Source of the DNA: Archangium sp.
GTDB taxonomy: Bacteria; Myxococcota; Myxococcia; Myxococcales; Myxococcaceae
NCBI GenBank assembly: GCA_030681645.1
Contig: JAUXRX010000045.1
Span: 1 to 63,764 of the forward strand
DNA: 63,764 nucleotides
Direction of reading: 5' to 3'
Position numbers and translations under genes: made by a program. This document shows, in pieces, positions 1 to 9,477 of the stretch (position 1 is its first letter; each line of letters starts with the position of its first letter). Under the pieces are notes generated by a model that was not told the DNA's origin, searched no databases, and saw only the letters and a program-made list of their open reading frames with translations.

Positions 1-1
1 C

Positions 2-178
2 CAGGCCAACACCATCGTCGCCGACCTCGACCAGAGCGGCGTCAAGGTGGAATGGGACAGCGAGATGGTCGCGCTGATCGCCTACCTGCAGCGGCTCGGC
101 CGCGACCAGGGCGTGGGCTTGAGCGACGCCGCCCCCAAGACCGCTGCCCTGCTCGATGGAAAGGAGGTCTCGCCGTGA
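2..178 (+). CDS. ccoO: cbb3-type cytochrome c oxidase subunit II (CcoO/FixO), C-terminal fragment; partial at window edge
   Basis: Frame 2 translates to ...EMVALIAYLQRLGRDQG..., a typical CcoO C-terminus. Its TGA stop overlaps the GTG start of the next gene (GTGA). Confidence 0.55.
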   Translation, partial: QANTIVADLDQSGVKVEWDSEMVALIAYLQRLGRDQGVGLSDAAPKTAALLDGKEVSP

Positions 179-729
179 GCGCCGTCAACGACCCGAACTC
201 GAAGATCGTTCACCGCTACGACGACATCGAAGAGGAAGACAACCAGCTGCCCAACTGGTGGCTGTTCATCCTCTTCGGCACCATCCTCTTCATGTTCGGC
301 TACTGGCTCGTCTACCACACCACTCACACGCTCCAGGACCCGCGCACCGAGTACAACGCCGAGGTCGCCGACATCAAGAAGGCCCGGCTCGCGCTCACGC
401 CGTTGAGCGATGACGCCATCTCCGCGGTGGTGAATGACCCCGCCCAGGTCGCAGAGGGCAAGCTGGTCTTCGCTTCGACCTGCGCCGCCTGCCACGCTCA
501 GCAGGGCGAGGGCCTCGTCGGGCCCAACCTCACCGACAAGTTCTGGATTCACGGAAACAAGCCCAGCGACATCGCCAGGTCCGTCACCGACGGCTTCGCC
601 GACAAGGGCATGCCCCCGTGGGGCCAGCTGCTCGGCCAGGAGAAGGTGCGGAAGGTCGCGGCCTACGTCGTCACCCTCAAGAACAAGAACGTGCCGGGCA
701 AGGCGCCGCAGGGCGATCCGCTCGAGTGA
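175..729 (+). CDS. ccoP: cbb3-type cytochrome c oxidase subunit III (CcoP/FixP), short mono-heme form
   Basis: The N-terminus NDPNSKIVHRYDDIEEEDNQLPNWWLFILFGTILFMFGYWLVYH matches the FixP N-terminal TM domain. It has a single CAACH haem-c motif and ends GMPPWG. The GTG start overlaps the ccoO stop. The longer track ORF from position 52 looks like an upstream extension. Confidence 0.75.
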   Translation: MSAVNDPNSKIVHRYDDIEEEDNQLPNWWLFILFGTILFMFGYWLVYHTTHTLQDPRTEYNAEVADIKKARLALTPLSDDAISAVVNDPAQVAEGKLVFASTCAACHAQQGEGLVGPNLTDKFWIHGNKPSDIARSVTDGFADKGMPPWGQLLGQEKVRKVAAYVVTLKNKNVPGKAPQGDPLE

Positions 730-811
730 ACGCGATTGATGTCGGCAGCGTCGCTCCGGGCGAGGGTTGCGCCCGTCGAGGCGTCAGCGGCTGGCGAAGA
801 AGAGCGACGCG

Positions 812-3759
812 TCACTGCTTGACGACGCCGAGATCCACGTAGGCCTGGTTCACCATCACCACGTAGGGGCGCTGCTCGAACTTCAGGCCGCCCTCGCCGT
901 CGTGCTCGATGATCTCCAGCTTGCCCATGCCCGCGCCCATCGGCCCGATGGAGTAGTAGTGGGCCTGGAGCGTGTACGGCGCGGCGCGCTTTCCCTTCGG
1001 CAGGCGGATGGTGAAGCACTCCGGGCCGTAGCCGGTGGTGACGTCGGCGTAGAGCTCGCCACCCGACGGCAGCACCTTCGACGAGTAGTACGCGTGGCCT
1101 CCCTTCGCGTCGTAGATGTGGAAGTCGACGTCGTTGGCGTCGGTTTCCCAGTTGAGGACGAAGCGCAGCGAGGGCGCGTTCTCGGTGACGCCGCCGATGG
1201 CCTTCAGCTTCTGCGCGATCTCCGCCTTGCGCGTCGGCTCGGCCTTGCCCCACGCCGCGGCGATGAGGCCCGCGTCTTCGCGCAGAATGCGGTCCACCCC
1301 GAGGAAGCGGCCGCCCGGGTACGTCTGCTTCACGCCCACGGTGATGGCCTCGAAGGCCTTTTCGAACTTGCCGGCGCGCACCAGCGCGAAGGCGAGCAGG
1401 CGGTGACTGGCCGGGTGATCCGCGCGCTGCTCTGCAGCCCTGGCATACGAATCGGCGGCCAGCTCGAGGCCGGTGGCGAGGCGCTCGAGGCGCACGCCGG
1501 CGAAGCGGCGCAGGTCGGCGCGGGCAGGGAAGAGGTCGATGATGCTGCCGTAGGCGCGCGCGGCGGTGCCGAGGTCGCCCGTCTTCTCCAGCGCCTCACC
1601 CAGCGCCACGAGCGCCAGGAGATCGCCGGGCTGCTCTTCGTGCCAGCCGTGCGCGAGGGCGAGCGCCTTCGGGGGGTCACTCTTGAGCCCGTCCATCACG
1701 TCCTTGAACTTGCCGGTGTACGGATCCGGCCCCTTCTCGGGGATCGCCACGGGCGCGGCCGTCGCAGAGGGCGTGGTCACCGGCTGCGGAGAGGGACTCC
1801 TCTCCGAGCGGCGCGGCTCGGGCGCGCGGGGATCAGCCGCGGGCACGCGCATCGACGGGGCCGGCGGCGGCGGGGCGGGAGCAGGGTCGACCACCTCGGC
1901 CTGGGGTTCGGAAGGCCTCTGCTCCGACTCCTTCTCCTCCTCGGCCATCGCCATCTTGGGCGCGTCCATCACGCCGTCTTCGTCGCCGCCCCGCTTGCCG
2001 GCGGACGCGCTGCTGTCCTTCGAGCTGTCCATCTTCTTCTCGGCCTTCAGCTTCTCCATCGGCTTGGCCGGCTTCGGCGTGGGGGGCGGCACCTTCGCCA
2101 CCACCGCCACCACCGACTCGGCGCTGCGCTTCTGGCTCTTCACCTGGCCGTTCTCCACGGTGAGGATGTCGGCGAGCGCGCGGCGATCGATGTTGAAGCG
2201 CGCGTAGTCAGCCTCGGTCTCGAGCACGAGCAGCGCGGTGAGCGACGAGAGCACGCGGCTCTTCACCGACACCTCGACGATGTCCTTCTTGAGCTTCTCG
2301 CGCTGCGGCGCGCCGTCGGCCTGGTCGAGCTGCGCCTGGAGCGAGTCGATGCGCGCCTTCGCCCACGCGCGCTCGAGCAGCGGGCGCTCGATGGACGCGA
2401 GCTGGGCATCGGCCACCGGCAGCGCCTTGCCGCCGACGGAGATCTTGAACTGCGCACCGGGCTTCAACTGCGCGTACACCAGCACCGCGTCACCGGCCTG
2501 CACGCCCGCGAGCATGGTGGGCCAGACCGCGGTGGCGCCGTCGACCTTCACCTCGAGCTTCGACTTCGTGGCGAGGCTCAGGCGGCGCGCCAGTTCGACG
2601 GGCGCGAGGCCTCCATCGAGCACCGCGCCATCGCGGCTGAGCGAGCCGGTGGTGAGCCGCGCCAGCGCCGCTTCGTCGCGCAGGCCGCCCACGGTGATGG
2701 CGTCGATGCGCTGCACGCCCGCGGTCTTCGCCTTGAGCAGCTGGGCGACGAGGTTCGGGCCCTCGGTGACGCCGGCCGTCATCACGCCGTCGGTGATCAA
2801 CAGCGCGCGCGCCGTGGGCTTGCCCTGCAGGTGCTTGAGCGCCAGCTCGACGTTGGACGCTCCCAGCGCGCGGCGGGCCCGCAGGGTCTTCGCCTGGGCG
2901 TCACCGAAGCCGGACGCGGGGCCCGAGTAGATCGGCGCGAGGTCCTGGTCGAACGCCACCACGCTCACCTGCGGCTCCAGGCGCTGCTTCGCGAGCGCGG
3001 CGAGCAGTTGCTGCACCAGCACCACCTGCTCACGCCAGCCCAGCGCGCGCGAGCCGCTGGAGTCGACGAGCACGGTGAGCGCGGTGATCGGGTCAGCGCC
3101 GGTGCCGTCGACGGGAATGACGCGCGCGGCGACGAGGTCACCCGAGCGCACGCCCACCTGGTTGCGCTTCGGCGCGGCCACGAAGTCGGCGTTGGGCACG
3201 AAGCGCTTCTTCGCCAGCACGCCCTCGCCGGTGACCCCGGTCACCTTCACGTCGAGCTCGCCCACCTCGGGCAGGCCCTCGAGGGGCAACACGTAGTTGG
3301 CCGTGGTGGCCACCAGCTCGTGCGAGTACGAGAGCACCACTTCCTTCACGCCCCTGGCGGGAATGGGGAAGACCTTCGCGGTGAACTCGTTGCCGCCGCT
3401 CTGCTCGAGCAGCGCGGGGTCCTGCCGGCGGTGAAGGAAGTCTTCGTACGCGCGGCGCGCGGCCTGGCGCTCGACCACCTCACCTTCCTGCCAACGGCCG
3501 TCGAGCTTCATGGCGAAGCGGCTCACCGTGGCGCCCGCGGGGAGCGTGACCTTGAACTGGCCTTCGATGACGCGGTCGAGCGGGTTCTCGAACGAGAGCG
3601 TCAGCTCGGTGAACGCGAGCGGGTCCATCACCACCGCGCGGGCCTGGAGCTTGATGAGCTTGAGGCCGGTGCCGTCAGACGCGGTCAGCGAAACCGGCGC
3701 ATCGGAAGCGGCGGCGAGCGACGACAGCGACACCACGGCGAGCAGGAGCGGGAGTCTCA
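812..3759 (-). CDS. secreted VIT (vault inter-alpha-trypsin) + von Willebrand factor A + TPR domain protein, ~982 aa
   Basis: The signal peptide MRLPLLLAVVSLSSLAAASD follows an ATG at ~3759. A VIT-like N-domain (KLIKLQARAVVMDPLAFTELTLSFENP...) is followed by a vWA MIDAS-like region (LVDSSGS), a TPR-like region and a C-terminal conserved domain. The track ORF is extended to 5209 by read-through over the divergent gene. Confidence 0.8.
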
Positions 3760-3795
3760 TGGATGACCTTCGACACGCGGAGAAGGGAAAGAGGT

Positions 3796-3813
3796 CCCCT
3801 CTCAGGGAGAGGG
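3796..3813. repeat. short perfect palindrome CCCCTCTCAGGGAGAGGG (REP-like family member)
   Basis: Seen directly in the divergent intergenic region between the VIT-vWA and membrane-protein genes. Confidence 0.6.
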
Positions 3814-3838
3814 CCCAAAGTAGTGTACGAGGGCGCTG

Positions 3839-5266
3839 ATGACTGACGAGGGAAAATCCAGGGGAGCGATCTGGTTGGCGCTGCTGGCAGGAGCGATCGT
3901 GCTGGGCACCGGGCCCGCCGTCCTCGCCTTCCTCCTCTTGCTGGGCTCGGACGGCGCCAGCGGCCTCGCGCAGCTGGTGATGGAAGGCGGCGGCGCCAGT
4001 TATGCCGTGCTCTTCGCAGGCGCGCTGGCCAGCCTCATCGGCGCCGTGCTCGCGGCCCTCTCGGTGCGGCGTCCGGGCCTGCCCGCCTCCCTCGCCCTGG
4101 TGCCCTTCGTCCTGCCGGTGCTCGCTGCGCTGGGTGGAGTCATCGTGGGCATGCGCGGCGTCCTCGACGCGGTGACGCACGTCGCGCCCGCGGACAAGGC
4201 CACCATCCTCGCGGCGGCCACGGGAGAGCTCACCTCGTTGTGCATTCAGTCGCTGGCCTTCGCCGCGGCGGGTGCGCTGGCGGTGGCGGTGGCTGCGTTG
4301 GTGAGCCTGGGCGCGCCGGGCCGTGGGGGCCGGCTCCTGACGGTGCTGGGCGCGGGAACGCTCGGCCTCTCGCTCGGCTCCTCGGCCGCGCAGGACATGT
4401 CGATGCGCAGCGGCTTCATGGCGCTGGCGCACGTGAGCCCGGCTGATCGCCTCACCCTCCTCATGGGCGTCATCGAGGACTGGCAGCGGATGAACCAGGT
4501 CTCCAACGCGCTCTTCCTGCTGAGCCTGGCGGTGACGGTGGTGGGCGCGGCGGTGCTGGCGGCGCGTGGGCAGCGGGGCGCGGGCATCGGGGTCGCGGCC
4601 GGGCTGCTCGTCGCGGCGGTGGGCTTTCGGGGCTTCAACGCCATGTCCGAGCGGCAGCTCGCGGGCGTGCGCGACGCGGCTCCACGGGCCGAGCTGATGA
4701 CGGTCGGTGGCCTGGCTCCCCTGAGCTTCAGCACCGTGGCCCTCGAGGACGATGAGCCGGTGCGAATCGACAACCTGGTGCTGCTCCGCGCGCGGTTGAA
4801 CGAGCCGGGTCAGGCGTGGGTTGGCGTCGAGCTCGGGCTGACGCTCAGGCCCCAGACGGTGCTCCGCGCCCTCCAGGCCGCGCACTTCGTGAAGGCGGAG
4901 GTCGAGCTCGTCGGCCAGGCCCAGAAGAAGAACCTCGAGGCGCCGCCCATCTTCGCGGCGGCCGTGGCGGCGATGAGCGACGTCCAGCTCGCGGCGCCGG
5001 TGCGGGTGCTGTACGCCGAGGAGCCCTGTGAGCAGTGCGTCCTCGCCACGCTGACGCCGGCGGGGCTGAAGGTGGGCGAGGTCGAGTGGAAGCAGGAAGA
5101 GGTGCCCCGCTCGGCGGAGGTCCAGACCTTCCCCCTGGTCGAGTTCGCCTGGTCGAAGAACACCGGCGAGCTCGTGCGTGCCGCCCTCATCGCCCTCTCG
5201 CATCAGCACATCCTGGTGGTGCGGGTGCCCCTGCCGGACCCTCCGGTGGTGCTGCCGGATTATTGA
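3839..5266 (+). CDS. polytopic membrane protein, hypothetical
   Basis: It is a 475-aa ORF whose N-terminal ~300 aa are strongly hydrophobic with multiple predicted TM helices, and whose C-terminal part is soluble. It is divergent from the VIT-vWA gene. Confidence 0.6.
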   Translation: MTDEGKSRGAIWLALLAGAIVLGTGPAVLAFLLLLGSDGASGLAQLVMEGGGASYAVLFAGALASLIGAVLAALSVRRPGLPASLALVPFVLPVLAALGGVIVGMRGVLDAVTHVAPADKATILAAATGELTSLCIQSLAFAAAGALAVAVAALVSLGAPGRGGRLLTVLGAGTLGLSLGSSAAQDMSMRSGFMALAHVSPADRLTLLMGVIEDWQRMNQVSNALFLLSLAVTVVGAAVLAARGQRGAGIGVAAGLLVAAVGFRGFNAMSERQLAGVRDAAPRAELMTVGGLAPLSFSTVALEDDEPVRIDNLVLLRARLNEPGQAWVGVELGLTLRPQTVLRALQAAHFVKAEVELVGQAQKKNLEAPPIFAAAVAAMSDVQLAAPVRVLYAEEPCEQCVLATLTPAGLKVGEVEWKQEEVPRSAEVQTFPLVEFAWSKNTGELVRAALIALSHQHILVVRVPLPDPPVVLPDY

Positions 5267-5338
5267 TCCCGGTCATTGGTGGATCCGCGGCGGCGAGCAG
5301 GGCTACCCTCCCGCCTCCACTCGCAGCCGAGGTTGCCC

Positions 5339-5662
5339 ATGCCCAAAGTCACGTCGAGCCGAGCCAAGACCGTCGCCGCGCCGAAGAAGCCTGCCGCCAG
5401 GCCGAAGGCGAAGGCCACCGAGAAGAAGGTCGCGCCGAAGAGCACGGGCTGGACCGCGAAGGGCGGCACGAAGAAGACCACCGTCGGCGGGCGTGGCAGT
5501 GACGTCTCGACGCGTGACTCGCGCGAGCGCGTCGCGAACCTCTACGTGGGAGGCCGGGGCAGCGACAACTCCACCGCCGACTCGCGCCGCCGCATCGCCG
5601 ACATCTACGCGGGCGGGCGCAGCAGCGGCTCGAGCTACAACGGCGGCGGCCGCGGCAGCTGA
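5339..5662 (+). CDS. small lysine/alanine-rich (histone H1/AlgP-like tail) protein with internal GGRGSD..S..DSRRR.A..Y repeats
   Basis: The ATG at ~5339 gives MPKVTSSRAKTVAAPKKPAARPKAKATEKKVAPK..., followed by two copies of VGGRGSD-ST-DSRxR-A-Y. A REP-like element lies just downstream. Confidence 0.4.
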   Translation: MPKVTSSRAKTVAAPKKPAARPKAKATEKKVAPKSTGWTAKGGTKKTTVGGRGSDVSTRDSRERVANLYVGGRGSDNSTADSRRRIADIYAGGRSSGSSYNGGGRGS

Positions 5663-5667
5663 TCCGT

Positions 5668-5739
5668 TCTCCCTCTCCCTGCGCAGCGGGGAACGGCGAA
5701 CTCGCGCCTCGAGGGGAAGGAGGGCCGGGGTGAGGGGCC
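5668..5739. repeat. REP-like element: CCCTCTCCC..GGGGAA + 20-bp motif + GGGGTGAGGGG
   Basis: The sequence is tccctctccctgcgcagcggggaacggcgaactcgcgcctcgaggggaagg...ggggtgagggg. Confidence 0.7.
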
Positions 5740-6653
5740 CAGTGACGAAACACACCATCCGGTTGCGAGAGTTCGCCGCGAGCAAGCTGAAGCGCCTCGC
5801 GCAACCCGGTGACGCAGTCGCGATCACGGGCTCGGTCGCCAGAGGTAACGCGAGAGCCGACTCCGACCTCGACCTGTGGATCCTCGGGACCCGCAGCGGC
5901 CGCTCCGTGCGCCGCCTCGAGGGAGTGAACGTCACGCTGCTCTGCCAGACGCCGGCGGAGGCAGAGCACTTCGACAACCTCTGCCTCTACGAGGTCGACG
6001 ATCTCGTCGTCCTCGAAGACGGCTCAGGCGCGTTCGCGCACCTCCAGGAGAACTGGCGCAAGCACCGCCGCCGCATCCGCGCTGAGATCATCCGCTCGAC
6101 CGAGGCGCAGGTGCGTTGGGAACTCTCGCGCGCGGAGCAGGGGAGCGCGTTGCACCGGTCGTCCTTCCTCCGCTTCGCGGGTTGGCGGCTGATGTGCCTG
6201 CGCGTGTACATCGATCGCGGCTGGCGGGTGCCGCGGCTGCACACGCTGCGTGAGCAGGTGCCGGCGGCGTTGAGGAAGCACCTCGACGCGACGCTCGGGC
6301 TGCCTTCTGCCCCGGTGTGCCGTCGCGCGGTGAAGTGGATGCCTGCTGCGCTGAAGGAAGTGCAGGCGATCGCCGGGCGCGATGGCTACGCGCTGCCTGA
6401 GTCGATCGCCGAGAAGGCGAAGCTCGCTCCTGAGGAGGCCGCGCTCGTCGCTCGCAAGGAGCTGCTGCTCGAGTTGTTGCCTCGCGTGTTCCGTGAGTAC
6501 GGCATCACGGACGTTCGCGGCGTGGAGTTGCTCGGCGGCGTGGCGCCGAAGTTGCGGGCGGCGTTTCGCGCGCTCGAGCCTCGCGCGGATGCGGCGAGCT
6601 TGAAGCGCCTGCGGGGCCACGTGCTCGCCCTCGAGCGATCGCTGCGGCCCTGA
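5730..6653 (+). CDS. nucleotidyltransferase-domain protein (Pol-beta superfamily)
   Basis: The motif GSVARGNARADSDLDLWIL is a GS-x9-DxD nucleotidyltransferase signature near the N-terminus. The track ORF from 5178 is an upstream extension over the REP-like element. The start is a GTG at 5730 or 5742. Confidence 0.6.
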   Translation: MRGPVTKHTIRLREFAASKLKRLAQPGDAVAITGSVARGNARADSDLDLWILGTRSGRSVRRLEGVNVTLLCQTPAEAEHFDNLCLYEVDDLVVLEDGSGAFAHLQENWRKHRRRIRAEIIRSTEAQVRWELSRAEQGSALHRSSFLRFAGWRLMCLRVYIDRGWRVPRLHTLREQVPAALRKHLDATLGLPSAPVCRRAVKWMPAALKEVQAIAGRDGYALPESIAEKAKLAPEEAALVARKELLLELLPRVFREYGITDVRGVELLGGVAPKLRAAFRALEPRADAASLKRLRGHVLALERSLRP

Positions 6654-6703
6654 GGGTTGCGCGGCCCTCTCCCCGACCCGCTCCTGCTCCGGGAGAGGGA
6701 GTA
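6653..6703. repeat. REP-like inverted repeat CCCTCTCCCCGA..GGGAGAGGG
   Basis: Seen directly immediately downstream of the nucleotidyltransferase stop. Confidence 0.7.
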
Positions 6704-6713
6704 GAGTCCTTCG

Positions 6714-8393
6714 GTGGCCGCCGTCTCGTGGTTCGACAGCCTGGAACCGGACCTGCGCGACTGGCTTCGCTCGAAGATGGCGCCGCTCACGCTCGAGTCC
6801 GGAAAACAGCTCTTCGCCGCGGGCTCGCCTTCCGACTGTCTCTACCTCGTGGTGCGGGGTGCCCTCGGGGCGTTCACCGCGGGCGATGAACTCGTCGGGC
6901 AGATCGTCGCCGGCGAGACGGTCGGTGAGTTGGGCCTCGTCACCCGCCGTCCCCGCAACGCCACCGTGCGCGCCCTGCGAGACAGCGCGCTGCTGCGGCT
7001 CTCCCCCGAAGGCTTCGACGCGCTGTGCCGCACCCACCCCGAGGCCGTGCTCGCGCTCGCCCGCGTGGTGCTCGAGCGCGCCCAGCGCCCCATTCACCAG
7101 CGCCTCGCCGCGCACCCGCGCACCATCGCGTTGCTCCCGCAACGTGACGGGCTTCACGTCGACGCCTTCGCCCGCTGGCTCGCCGAGGCGCTCGGCGGCG
7201 ACTCGAAGGTGGCCATCGTGCACCGGGCCGACGCGCCGACCGACGACGCCCTCGACGCGCTCGAGCGCGACCGCGCGTACGTCATCTACCTCGCCCACCC
7301 GGAAGACGACCCCTGGCGCAAGCGCTGCCTCCGCCAGGCCGACGCGCTCGTCTTCGCGGTCGACCTGGTCGAGCCCTGCTCCTGGTGGTCCGAGCTCGAG
7401 CGCGGCGTGCACGCGCCGCTGCCTCGCCCCGAGCACCTGGTGGTGATGCATTCGGGCGACGTGCCTCCCGGCAGCGGCAAGCCGTGGAAGGACAAGCGGC
7501 CCCAGGCGCAGCTCCATCACCTCCGCGGCGCAGGCGACGCGGCCCGCATCGCGCGCCTCATCGCGGGTGAGCCGAAGGGCCTCGTGCTCTCGGGTGGAGG
7601 CGCGCGTGGCTTTGCGCACCTCGGCGTGCTCCGCGCGCTCGAAGAGGCGAAGGTGCCCATCGACGTGGTGGGCGGGGCGAGCATCGGCGCCATCATCGGC
7701 GCGGGCTACGCGGCGGGCTGGTCGATCTCCGAGATGACGCAGGTCTACCGCTCGTCGTTCATCGCCGAGAACCCGCTCTCCGACTGGACGCTGCCCTTCG
7801 TCTCGCTCGTGGGGGGCCGCGCCGTCTCACGCCTGCTCAAGGAAGCCTACGGCCGCCGCGACATCGAAGACCTGGTGCTCCCGTACTTCTGTGTCTCCAC
7901 CAACCTCACCGCGGGCCGCAGCCTGGTGCACCGCAGCGGCCGGGTGTGGAAGTGGCTGCGCGCCTCCGCGGCGATTCCGGGCGTGTTGCCCCCGGTGTTC
8001 CAGGGCGGCCAGGTGCTCGTCGACGGCGGGGTGATGAACAACCTCCCGGTCGACGTGATGCGCGACGGGCTGGTGGCCGACGTCATCGCCGTCGACATCG
8101 GCGCCGACGACGCGGTGCTCGCGCCGGGGTCCCTGGACGAGTTCGAGCTGCCCAGCATCTGGAAGGTGATGTGGGACTGGCTCACGGGCACGCGGCGGCC
8201 TTCGTTGGCCAAGCTGATGCTCGGCAGCGGCATGGTGAACTCGACGGCGGCGACGTTCGCGGCCCGCGCGGCCTCGTCGCTGGTGCTCACGCCGCCGGTC
8301 TCCGACATCGACCTGCTCGACTGGGACTCGTTCGACGTGGCGATCGAGCGCGGCTACGAGTCGACCTGCCGGGCGCTCGAAGAGCAGCGGTGA
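6714..8393 (+). CDS. cyclic-nucleotide-binding domain + patatin-like phospholipase
   Basis: The N-terminal cNMP-binding fold contains GETVGELGLV...RNATVRA. The patatin part has the oxyanion GGGARGFAHLGVL, a GASIG nucleophile elbow (GxSxG) and a DGGVMNNLP catalytic Asp motif. Confidence 0.85.
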   Translation: MAAVSWFDSLEPDLRDWLRSKMAPLTLESGKQLFAAGSPSDCLYLVVRGALGAFTAGDELVGQIVAGETVGELGLVTRRPRNATVRALRDSALLRLSPEGFDALCRTHPEAVLALARVVLERAQRPIHQRLAAHPRTIALLPQRDGLHVDAFARWLAEALGGDSKVAIVHRADAPTDDALDALERDRAYVIYLAHPEDDPWRKRCLRQADALVFAVDLVEPCSWWSELERGVHAPLPRPEHLVVMHSGDVPPGSGKPWKDKRPQAQLHHLRGAGDAARIARLIAGEPKGLVLSGGGARGFAHLGVLRALEEAKVPIDVVGGASIGAIIGAGYAAGWSISEMTQVYRSSFIAENPLSDWTLPFVSLVGGRAVSRLLKEAYGRRDIEDLVLPYFCVSTNLTAGRSLVHRSGRVWKWLRASAAIPGVLPPVFQGGQVLVDGGVMNNLPVDVMRDGLVADVIAVDIGADDAVLAPGSLDEFELPSIWKVMWDWLTGTRRPSLAKLMLGSGMVNSTAATFAARAASSLVLTPPVSDIDLLDWDSFDVAIERGYESTCRALEEQR

Positions 8394-8474
8394 ACGCGGT
8401 TCGTTTTCGTTGCGGCGCCCGAAACAGAGGCGTACGCACGTCCCGTTGACCGTCGTCATTCCCAAGGGGGCACC

Positions 8475-8879
8475 ATGAAAAACGTCATCGTCGTCGCGCT
8501 GTTCACCCTGACTGCCTTCAGCGCCCAGGCTGCGGATCAGGTCGTCACCGTCACCTTCGAGTCCATCGCGAACACGCCGACCAAGAGCGGCGAGAAGCTC
8601 GACCCGAGCCTCTTCAGCTTCGGGCCTGCGGTCGAGGGCGGTGAGCCCGATGAGTCGAAGGCCAGCAGCAGCGGCTTCGGCAAGCCGAAGGACGAGAGCT
8701 GCCGGTGGGCGCTCCTGGCCAGCTTCATGAAGTTCCAGAACAAGGCGAAGGCGATGAACAAGCGCGTGGTCGGCGTGCGTACCTACGCGGGCTCCACTGA
8801 GAGCGCGAAGGCCGACGCGTGCATCTGCCTGGCGGGCGGCGTCGTCGTGCGCAGCGTCATCAAGGCCAGCTACAAGTAA
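8475..8879 (+). CDS. small secreted protein, hypothetical
   Basis: It has the signal peptide MKNVIVVALFTLTAFSAQA, a good RBS (aaggggg) and a local dip in GC. Confidence 0.5.
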   Translation: MKNVIVVALFTLTAFSAQAADQVVTVTFESIANTPTKSGEKLDPSLFSFGPAVEGGEPDESKASSSGFGKPKDESCRWALLASFMKFQNKAKAMNKRVVGVRTYAGSTESAKADACICLAGGVVVRSVIKASYK

Positions 8880-9477
8880 GCGGCCGGGCTCGAGAAGCGG
8901 CGGTGATCGTTGCGGGCTATGCTCCCCCTCGATGGTCTCCGCCCCGCCCACCTTCGCTGAAGCAGCGCGCGTGCCGCTGCATTGGTCGGCGTTCTGGACT
9001 CGCCTCAGCCAGGCCGCAGGGGGCCCATCGCAGGTCACCAACTGGCTCATCGCGCAGGCGAACGCGCGGGGCTTTCACGGCGCCATCGTCAATCGCGAGG
9101 ATGCCCTCGACGCCTCGCTCGGGCTGGAGGACCTGGTCGTGGGGCTGCTCATGCCTCACGCCGAACTCGATGCGCGGGTGATCAAGCTGGTCGTGCGGTT
9201 GCTTCAGTCGACCCAGATCCCCAGCAACTCGTCCGTCGAGCCGCCACGAAGGACCACCTGTGGCGCGCGAAGCAGAGCTGATCCTCCAGGCGCTCGACAG
9301 ACACCTCGAGGGCCCCGGCACCATCCGCCTCCTCGGCGGTGCGGCGTTGATCCTCGGCTACGGCCTCGACCGGGCGACCGAGGACGTCGATCTCCTCCAG
9401 GACGATGCCGAGGTGCGCGCCCGTGGCCGCGTGCGAAGGCTTCGCTGAGTCTCCTCCTCGCGCGCATGCGCTGAGGT

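Noticed and set aside
767-3766. 999-aa + strand ORF antisense to the VIT-vWA gene
   Set aside because: It is Arg/Ala/Gly-rich, low-complexity, has no recognisable domain, and fully overlaps a well-supported gene. Long antisense ORFs like this are typical artefacts of 70% GC DNA.
3760-5209. N-terminal 480-aa extension of track ORF 812..5209
   Set aside because: It reads through the divergent intergenic region and the membrane-protein gene on the other strand. The real start is the signal-peptide ATG at ~3759.
5178-5741. N-terminal 188-aa extension of track ORF 5178..6653
   Set aside because: It is a Pro/Arg-rich read-through over the small Lys-rich gene and the REP-like element. The nucleotidyltransferase motif begins after the GTG at ~5730.
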